A DNA stretch of 64,000 nucleotides from Acidobacteriota bacterium (GTDB lineage: Bacteria > Acidobacteriota > UBA6911 > RPQK01 > JAJDTT01). Positions within the stretch are counted from its first letter, which is position 1. Each line of letters opens with the position of its first letter. The position numbers and the translations under genes are program-made. Under the pieces are notes generated by a model. That model was not told the DNA's origin. It did no database searches and saw only the letters and a program-made list of their open reading frames with translations. Where the stretch lies: the NCBI GenBank assembly GCA_965217775.1, contig CBDCJH010000002.1:3392001-3456000 (forward strand), given 5' to 3'. Shown piece by piece: positions 12,617-20,185 of this stretch.

Positions 12617-13745
12617 CGTTCGCTTTCTCCAAATTCACAGTCTGCATGGCTATTCGGCTGTGCTGCTGAACCGCGACGACTCCGGTCTCGCAAAACGCAT
12701 TACCTACGGCGGCACCATCCGCACCCGTGTGTCGTCGCAGTGCCTCAAGCGTCACTGGCGAACGGCCGATAGCGTCCACGCCCTGCAACGAATTGAGGGC
12801 GCCATCGCTGCAGTCCGTTCCCGGGAAACCGTCACCCGCCGAGTGATCGGGCCACTTGAGAATGCCGGTCACGATCCCGAATTGGTCACGGCGATAGAAA
12901 CCGCATTTCAGACCGCCGTTTACGGCGACAAGGGTGACAAGAGATCGAAGCGGCAACCTCTTCTGCTCGGTGAACCGGAAATCGCCTATCTTGCCGATGA
13001 AGCTCGCAAGATCGCGGACTCTCACATGCGAGATCCAAAAGCGGCTGGGGCCGCAGCAAAGGAGTGGGCCAAGAAGTCAAAGGCGAACATGAAAACTCTG
13101 CGCGATAATTGCTCGCTACCGGGCGGCATCATCGCCGCCTTGTTCGGCCGGATGGTGACGTCGGATGTCGAGGCCAATATCGATGCGGCGATCCATGTCG
13201 CTCACGCCTTCACCGTTCACGCGGAAGAGAGTGAGAGCGACTACTTCACCGTGGTCGACGATCTGCATCGCATCGAAGATGACGCCGGAGCCGACCACAT
13301 TGGCGAGACTGAACTGACCTCCGGTCTCTTTTACGGTTACGTCGTCGTCGACCGAGGAATGCTGCTCGAAAATCTCGGGGGCGACCTCGAAATGGCGGAA
13401 GAGGTCGTGGAACGGCTGATCCATTTGATCGCCACCGTCACGCCGGGAGCGAAGCTGGGAGCCACTGCCCCTTACGGGTATGCGTGTTGGATGATGGTCG
13501 AGACCGGCGACCGGCAGCCGCGCAGCTTGGCCGAGGCGTTTCGGCAACGCTGCCGGCCTGACATCAGCGAGGCCCAAAAAAAGGTGAGCCAACATCTGGA
13601 AAAGCTCGACGCAGCGTATGAAACCGGTGAATCGCGGCGGCTGATGAGCCTCGACACGGAGGCATTCATGCCCGGGGCAGAACGGCTCCCATTGGCGAAG
13701 CTTGCCAAATGGACTGGAACCGCAACGCGAGAGGGTGTCGCGTAA
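12609..13745 (+). CDS. cas7: Cas7 (Cse4/CasC)
   Basis: LNRDDSGLAK, RVSSQCLKR, ALFGRM, DYFTVVDD. Confidence 0.97.
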   Translation: MPDVRFLQIHSLHGYSAVLLNRDDSGLAKRITYGGTIRTRVSSQCLKRHWRTADSVHALQRIEGAIAAVRSRETVTRRVIGPLENAGHDPELVTAIETAFQTAVYGDKGDKRSKRQPLLLGEPEIAYLADEARKIADSHMRDPKAAGAAAKEWAKKSKANMKTLRDNCSLPGGIIAALFGRMVTSDVEANIDAAIHVAHAFTVHAEESESDYFTVVDDLHRIEDDAGADHIGETELTSGLFYGYVVVDRGMLLENLGGDLEMAEEVVERLIHLIATVTPGAKLGATAPYGYACWMMVETGDRQPRSLAEAFRQRCRPDISEAQKKVSQHLEKLDAAYETGESRRLMSLDTEAFMPGAERLPLAKLAKWTGTATREGVA

Positions 13746-14461
13746 TGCGGTGGATGCATCTGCGGTTTCGTGCGCCGCTCGCGGCCTTCGGCGGTGAGGC
13801 GATCGACGCCCGCGGCGTGACTCGGAACTTTCCGGCTCAATCCATGCTGACCGGCCTGCTGGCCAACGCCCTCGGCTGGACGCGATCAATGCGCGGGGAG
13901 CATCAATCGCTGCAGGACCGCATCGTGTTCGCTACGTTGTGGGAGCGAGACCTCGGACTGAGCCGGATGACGGACTATCAGACGGCACAGCTCGGCAAGA
14001 AGGATCGAGCCTGGACCACCCGCGGCATGCCGCTTGGGAGAGCCGGCGGACCTGCGACTTATGCCGGGTCGCACCAGCGATGGCGCGATTACCACACTGA
14101 CCTGCGTTTGGCCGTAGTGCTGCGGCTTGAGCCCGCCGACGCATCGCCCACCCTGGAGGATCTGGCGAAGGCGCTCGACCGACCCTCACGGCCGTTGTTC
14201 ATCGGGCGCAAGTCTTGCTTGCCGTCCGCGCCGATCTTCACCGGTTGGGTGACACAAGCGGTTGATGCCCGGGCCGCCCTGCGGGCGGTCGCCCCGAAGG
14301 GAGATTCTGGTCTGCTCGCGTTCTGGCCCGAATCCGAGGGCACCCGCGGCGCTCACCGGACGATGAGTGTTACCGACGAGCGAAACTGGGCGAGCGGACT
14401 CCATGGCGGCGGGCGTCGTTTGTGCGAGGGCCGGCTCACCCCGGCGAGAAACGAGAAATGA
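13745..14461 (+). CDS. cas5: Cas5 (CasD)
   Basis: APLAAFG, GLLANALG, LFIGRKSCLP. Confidence 0.95.
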   Translation: MRWMHLRFRAPLAAFGGEAIDARGVTRNFPAQSMLTGLLANALGWTRSMRGEHQSLQDRIVFATLWERDLGLSRMTDYQTAQLGKKDRAWTTRGMPLGRAGGPATYAGSHQRWRDYHTDLRLAVVLRLEPADASPTLEDLAKALDRPSRPLFIGRKSCLPSAPIFTGWVTQAVDARAALRAVAPKGDSGLLAFWPESEGTRGAHRTMSVTDERNWASGLHGGGRRLCEGRLTPARNEK

Positions 14462-15243
14462 CGACTCATCTGATTTACGCGTTCCTCAGTATGCGAGCAT
14501 TCAACCGGTGGGCCGGCAACCGCGGGCTCATGCGCCACGGCTCATTCGACGAGGGCTATGCCCTTCACGTCCTTCTGTCCGCCATGTTCGGGAAGGCCGT
14601 CGTACAGCCGTTTCGACTATTTGCGTCTCCGCGGCGAATTGGTGCCGCGCTCTACGCCTATTCCGATGTGGACGCGGACGAGTTACGCAAGACGGCGGAA
14701 GCTGTGGCACCTCCGGACTGCCTTGCTGTGATCGATTGGCGGCAGATTCGATCGAAGCCTATGCCGTCCCCCTTTGAGACCTGTCGGCAGCTCGGTTTCG
14801 ATGTCCGGGTGCGGCCTGTGCGTCGGCTACGGCACGATCTCATGGATCCGCAGTCCAACCGGCTGATCTCGAAGGGCTCGGAGGTGGATGCGTTCAAGCT
14901 GCAAGCAATGCGACGGTTCCCGAACGGATGGGCTGATCCTCATAAGGCGGCTTCGAAGAACGGAATCAGGCGCGAGTCGGTCTACTCCGGCTGGCTCAGC
15001 GAACGGTTCGGCGATGCGGTCGCCATCGAGCACTGCAAGTTGGTGGCGTTCAAGCGAAGTCGTGTGGTTCGCGGCAAGGGCCGTGGTCCGGAGGGGCCGG
15101 ATGCGACCCTGCACGGAACACTTGCCGTTTCAAAACCAACGGATTTCAGCCGGATCTTGCGGAAAGGTGTCGGACGTCACCGCGCCTACGGATACGGCAT
15201 GTTGCTTCTGCGGCCACCAAAGACAGAAGGGCACACCCAGTGA
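14458..15243 (+). CDS. cas6e: Cas6e (Cse3/CasE) crRNA-processing nuclease
   Basis: C-terminal G-rich loop GVGRHRAYGYGMLLL. Confidence 0.95.
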   Translation: MTTHLIYAFLSMRAFNRWAGNRGLMRHGSFDEGYALHVLLSAMFGKAVVQPFRLFASPRRIGAALYAYSDVDADELRKTAEAVAPPDCLAVIDWRQIRSKPMPSPFETCRQLGFDVRVRPVRRLRHDLMDPQSNRLISKGSEVDAFKLQAMRRFPNGWADPHKAASKNGIRRESVYSGWLSERFGDAVAIEHCKLVAFKRSRVVRGKGRGPEGPDATLHGTLAVSKPTDFSRILRKGVGRHRAYGYGMLLLRPPKTEGHTQ

Positions 15244-16130
15244 TGCTGAAAGGACGTCTCGGCCTTGAAACTGCCCGGATCCCGCATGCGGATAGAGCTG
15301 GGCTGCTCTGGCTCTCCCGTGGCGCGCTGACCGCGCGAGACGGGACCCTGTCCTTTGAACGCGGCCGACAGGTTACAGAAAACAACCCTTTGGAACCGGG
15401 GCATTACGCCATTCCGTTTCAGGCCGTCTCGATGATACTCCTCGGCCCGGGATCCACGGTCAGTCATGATGCGCTGCGTCTATTGGCCCGTCACGGCACT
15501 GCCCTCGCGGCCGTCGGAGTGGATGGTGTCCGATGCTATACGGCTCCTCCATTGATGGCCGACCGGTCGGAACTCGCGCGACGACAGGTGCGCGCCTGGG
15601 CCGACTTGGATACTCGGCTCCAAATCGCCCGTCGGATGTACGCCTGGCGCCTGGGTGAGGTCCTACCTCGCCGCGACATCGCGGCGCTACGCGGCATGGA
15701 GGGGGCCAGGATGAAGCGAACATATAGGCTGATGGCGTCGAAATATGGTATCGAGTGGCGGGGACGGCGCTACGATCGGAAGCGTCCAATGGAGAACGAC
15801 TCACCGAACCAAGCGCTGAATCATGCGTCGAGCGCGGTGCAAGCCGCTGCCGCCATTGCCGTTGCCGCAACTGCGACGATTCCGCAATTGGGCTTCATCC
15901 ATGAACACCCGGGAGAGTCTTTCGTTCTGGACATCTCCGACCTCTACCGCGACGTTGTAACCGTTCCCTGTGCCTTCCGCGCAGCCAAGAGGGTCACGGA
16001 ACGACCAGCAGAGAATATTGAGCGGGTCACTCGACGTCTCACAGGGCAAGCGCTGGCCCGTGAAGGAATCATTCCCGCGATGATCAACCGGATCAAGGCC
16101 CTATTTACGAAACAGCCGAAAGGGAGGTGA
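15243..16130 (+). CDS. cas1: Cas1 (type I-E)
   Basis: LLGPGSTVSHDA, LRGMEGAR, LGFIH...SFVLDISDLYR. Confidence 0.97.
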   Translation: MLKGRLGLETARIPHADRAGLLWLSRGALTARDGTLSFERGRQVTENNPLEPGHYAIPFQAVSMILLGPGSTVSHDALRLLARHGTALAAVGVDGVRCYTAPPLMADRSELARRQVRAWADLDTRLQIARRMYAWRLGEVLPRRDIAALRGMEGARMKRTYRLMASKYGIEWRGRRYDRKRPMENDSPNQALNHASSAVQAAAAIAVAATATIPQLGFIHEHPGESFVLDISDLYRDVVTVPCAFRAAKRVTERPAENIERVTRRLTGQALAREGIIPAMINRIKALFTKQPKGR

Positions 16131-16137
16131 AGGCACG

Positions 16138-16431
16138 ATGCCGATGGCGATGGTCGTCACCCGAAACGTCGAGGCTCGCTATCGCGGTTTCCTCGCCTCC
16201 ACCATGCTGGAAATTGCCCCAGGCATGTACGTGGCTCCGAACCTGACCGCCAGCGTGCGAACACGTGTATGGACCGTATTGTCGAAGTGGTGGGCGGCGC
16301 TCGGCTCGGGGTCGATCGTCATGGTGTGGCGGGACAGTAAAGCTACCGGTAATCTCCGCATCGAGACCCTTGGCGAACCCCCGAAAGAGATAGTGGACGC
16401 CGACGGAATCCTTCTCGTAAGACGCGGATGA
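16138..16431 (+). CDS. cas2: Cas2 (type I-E)
   Basis: RYRGFLASTMLEIAPGMYV...DADGILLV. Confidence 0.95.
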   Translation: MPMAMVVTRNVEARYRGFLASTMLEIAPGMYVAPNLTASVRTRVWTVLSKWWAALGSGSIVMVWRDSKATGNLRIETLGEPPKEIVDADGILLVRRG

Positions 16432-16479
16432 CTGCGGCTCCGTTCGATCGACGTTCTTTGAAAATTTAAAAATACAAGG
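16432..16479 (+). promoter_or_regulatory. CRISPR leader (short, AT-rich)
   Basis: CTTTGAAAATTTAAAAATACAAGG between the cas2 stop and the first repeat. Confidence 0.75.
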
Positions 16480-18888
16480 GGTTCCCCCGTACACGCGGGG
16501 ATAGACCTTTGATGGTGACTTCTCATGACCGCCATCACCGGGTTCCCCCGTACACGCGGGGATAGACCGGTGTCGGCATTCGAGGTGCTGGCGGGGCAAT
16601 CGGGTTCCCCCGTACACGCGGGGATAGACCATAGGAGTTTGTCGGCGGTATCGACCCTCACCCGGGTTCCCCCGTACACGCGGGGATAGACCCCGGGGTG
16701 GAGGGATGCTTGAGTATTCCAGACGGGTTCCCCCGTACACGCGGGGATAGACCGTTGTCGGGCCGCGGGGCCAACAAGGGATATCGGGTTCCCCCGTACA
16801 CGCGGGGATAGACCGCATCAAAGAGCGAGACTGAAATCGTCCACAGTGGTTCCCCCGTACACGCGGGGATAGACCTCCTCACGGCGTGAGAATTCGATGG
16901 TGTTCCCCGGTTCCCCCGTACACGCGGGGATAGACCCGCCTGGGGCAGAGGCTGACGCCTGGGGCATGGGGTTCCCCCGTACACGCGGGGATAGACCCTG
17001 GCTCGGCAACGCCTATCGGTGCTATCGCCGGGTTCCCCCGTACACGCGGGGATAGACCCTCAGGCAACCTTGGACCTTCCCACGCCTCAGCGGTTCCCCC
17101 GTACACGCGGGGATAGACCCTGGCAAATCAAATGCTTCAACAAGCGTATCAAGGTTCCCCCGTACACGCGGGGATAGACCCTCAGGCAACCTTGGACCTT
17201 CCCACGCCTCAGCGGTTCCCCCGTACACGCGGGGATAGACCCTGGCAAATCAAATGCTTCAACAAGCGTATCAAGGTTCCCCCGTACACGCGGGGATAGA
17301 CCCGGCACAGCCGGAGGAAGAGCCGGGTTCCGAGGGGTTCCCCCGTACACGCGGGGATAGACCGAAGTACGATTGCCCATTTGTGAGGCCGTCCACGGTT
17401 CCCCCGTACACGCGGGGATAGACCGAGGCAGACCCCGAACCGATCCGAACCGCTCCCGGTTCCCCCGTACACGCGGGGATAGACCCTCCTTGAGAGCGTC
17501 CCTGACCCGCTGCTCCTGGGTTCCCCCGTACACGCGGGGATAGACCGTATCCGTGAGACATGAGGGTTTCCTCCTTGAGGGTTCCCCCGTACACGCGGGG
17601 ATAGACCCGGAACCGGGCCCGTCACGGTTGACCAAGAAGGGGTTCCCCCGTACACGCGGGGATAGACCCTGGCCAAAGAGATGCTGGAGGTCCTCCGCAC
17701 GGGTTCCCCCGTACACGCGGGGATAGACCTTTGGAGGGGCCCGAAGAAAGTGGCGGAGAATCGGTTCCCCCGTACACGCGGGGATAGACCCATGATGTGG
17801 CTCCGGCCGGGCACGTCGAAAATGGTTCCCCCGTACACGCGGGGATAGACCCGAGTGCGGCCGCGTCGTCGAAGGCGAGGTATCGGTTCCCCCGTACACG
17901 CGGGGATAGACCCTGATTGCTCCATCCCGATTCGGAATTGATACGGGTTCCCCCGTACACGCGGGGATAGACCCTGGAGACGGGTGAGGACGGAGCGTGC
18001 GTGTGGGGTTCCCCCGTACACGCGGGGATAGACCTCGACCGGGCCAGATCCGGCACTCCCAGACCTTGGTTCCCCCGTACACGCGGGGATAGACCTGTTC
18101 ATTATGCGACCTTGCCCATGACCCGGTGGGTTCCCCCGTACACGCGGGGATAGACCCACCTGCAGGAAAGCATCAGGTATTACACGGACGGTTCCCCCGT
18201 ACACGCGGGGATAGACCCAGCTTCGGCCAAGACCTCAGCGACGACATTAAGGTTCCCCCGTACACGCGGGGATAGACCCTCGATATTTCGAGCCTCCGCA
18301 TACCTTCGGGCGGTTCCCCCGTACACGCGGGGATAGACCCTGCAAAGTCGGGCGGAATAAGTACACGAGCTAGGTTCCCCCGTACACGCGGGGATAGACC
18401 CTTCATGCCGATCCGGATCGAGTCTCTGTCCGAGGTTCCCCCGTACACGCGGGGATAGACCGACGCACGTATCGATCACGCCGCCGCTAAGCTGGGTTCC
18501 CCCGTACACGCGGGGATAGACCTCAGGCAATAGACAATCGCAACGATCAGTCCCGGGTTCCCCCGTACACGCGGGGATAGACCCTGGCTCAAGCTGATTT
18601 GGACTCCCGTCGGAAGGGTTCCCCCGTACACGCGGGGATAGACCATAGGAGTTTGTCGGCGGATCTACCCTCACCCGGGTTCCCCCGTACACGCGGGGAT
18701 AGACCCCAGGGCGGTCATAACGAGGGCGAGTGCATCGTGGTTCCCCCGTACACGCGGGGATAGACCCCAGGGCGGTCATAACGAGGGCGAGTGCATCGTG
18801 GTTCCCCCGTACACGCGGGGATAGACCCATGCCGGCCGGCGCGAACCCGGCGCTCGGGCGGGTTCCCCCGTACACGCGGGGATAGACC
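16480..18888 (+). CRISPR. Type I-E CRISPR array, 40 repeats / 39 spacers
   Basis: Invariant 28-nt repeat GGTTCCCCCGTACACGCGGGGATAGACC at a 61-nt period (62 for spacers 2 and 3); hairpin CCCCGT-ACAC-GCGGGG. Confidence 0.99.
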
Positions 18889-19234
18889 ATGGGCGCGTGC
18901 CCTCGGGGCGAACACGCAGGTCGTCCGTCTGACTCAGCGCACAGCCTCGAAGCAGCGCAAGAAACACCGGGATCTGGATCTCGACGACTACCGAACGCGC
19001 TTGCCGGACACCCTGCGCTCTCCAGACCTCGTCATCGATGACACGGGGCACTGGAATCGTCCAGGGATCACTCTGGATTTCGTGACCTATGGCTCACAAG
19101 GGAGGATCTGGAATTCGGTCATCGCGGAGGACGACAAGGGCCATGCGCGCCTGGCGTCATTTTAATAGACGGGCCATGAAGACATCGATCGCACCCTCAA
19201 TCGCGGCAAAGTGTTGCTCGATCTCAGGAAATGA
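18889..19234 (+). pseudogene. Fragment resembling a phage MuF C-terminal PBECR-type (Barnase/EndoU/colicin/RelE-like) RNase domain, interrupted by TAA-TAG
   Basis: WARALGANTQVVRLTQRTASKQRKKHRDLDLDDY...RIWNSVIAEDDKGHARLASF**TGHEDIDRTLNRGKVLLDLRK*; no start codon of its own; family call from recalled motif pattern. Confidence 0.5.
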
Positions 19235-19297
19235 ATTCGAGAGGGAGGTGCCGGGATTTCGCCGTTAGGCATCCGCTCCCGGCGGGCGCCCGAGCCC

Positions 19298-19306
19298 AGT
19301 ATAGCA
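19298..19306 (-). promoter_or_regulatory. Extended -10 box TGCTATACT (antisense to the toxin-like fragment)
   Basis: Identical to the box upstream of tRNA-Val (38248-38256). Confidence 0.4.
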
Positions 19307-19367
19307 GCGGCGACCACCTCGATAGATCAGGGACTCCGGAGGCGGGTCGTACTATCCACGGACCGCT

Positions 19368-19602
19368 GTTCCCCTGGACTCCCTTTCGCCGTCATTTCAC
19401 TGTGTAGGCGTGGAAAAGATCCGAGATCAGAGACAAACGGAGGAGAGATGAGCGGGGATTCTTGGATATCTGCCGATCGTCCCGGCCAGCGATCGGACGC
19501 AAGATAGCACGAGTCCACGAGGAGGGTCAATTTTTCTAGCGGAACCGCGGAACCGGTTCCCCCTATACTCCCATTCGCCCTCCGTTCACTGTGGCAGGCA
19601 TG
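19368..19602 (+). repeat. Imperfect direct repeat pair (19368-19412 and 19556-19602), each beginning with the CRISPR half-repeat GTTCCCC
   Basis: Manual alignment gives 37/47 identical columns. Confidence 0.75.
19501..19530 (-). promoter_or_regulatory. Putative sigma70 promoter TTGACC-N18-TATCTT with extended TG
   Basis: Reverse complement TTGACCctcctcgtggactcgTGcTATCTT. Confidence 0.45.
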
Positions 19603-19764
19603 ACGCCGAAGAAGGGTTCCCCCGTACACACGGGGATATGGTGGTCATGGATGTCTACGAGGAGATTGTCCGGAGGGTTCCCCCGTACACACGGGGATAT
19701 GTTGAGGCTCGGATCGATTCCCATTCCGCACAGAAGGGTTCCCCCGTACACACGGGGATATGCC
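19555..19764 (+). CRISPR. Secondary mini-array: 3 variant repeats plus one highly degenerate upstream repeat
   Basis: GGTTCCCCCGTACACACGGGGATATG at 19615, 19676 and 19737 (61-nt period); GGTTCCCCCTATAC at 19555 (60 nt upstream). Confidence 0.9.
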
Positions 19765-19799
19765 TGCCCAATCTTGCTGGCATCAAAGCGTTGGCGGCC

Positions 19800-19955
19800 A
19801 ACAACTACCGTCATGTGGCACGTCAGGAGTCCCAGATTGAATCCACACAATTGCAGTAGCCGCTTGCGCAGCTTGGGACGGCCCCGGGCGTAGACCTCGA
19901 TCAACCCTCCCGCCATGAACTGATGCGCGTACGAGTCGTTCCGCCGGTTCAAACC
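19800..19955 (-). pseudogene. Degenerate C-terminal fragment of an IS1182/IS5-like transposase
   Basis: DSYAHQFMAGGLIEVYARGRPKLRKRLLQLCGFNLGLLTCHM resembles the 'ERSFAH.YETGG.RR..LRG..N..KR.L....FNLGLL.R' tail of such transposases (recall). Confidence 0.5.
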
Positions 19956-20185
19956 GCTCATTCTGTAACGAGGTCCTCAGGATCGTTTCTTTTCCATAGC
20001 CTTGGTACGGTTTCAAGTTATCGGGGACGCTCGCGAATTTTCGCCACAGGCTGATAGCCTGAATCGCTCGCCGCGTCGGTGAGCCTATGATGAAAAAATC
20101 ATATCGCCGGACCTTTGTGGTCGTACTATCGAAGTCTCCCGGACACAGGCGGCGCTGGGCACAGCCGGCCGCATCAGGAGGATCC

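Noticed and set aside
16508-16540. Spacer 1 internal hairpin (TGATGGTG/CGCCATCA), plus short internal direct repeats in spacers 8 and 16
   Set aside because: Most simply inherited from the protospacer; no functional evidence
16480-18888. Self-targeting of main-array spacers within this window
   Set aside because: No convincing match found by eye; not exhaustively computed
16105-18915. Many minus-strand ORFs with repeating GLSPRVRGN/SIPACTGEP/VYPRVYGGT peptides
   Set aside because: Translation artefacts of the CRISPR repeats
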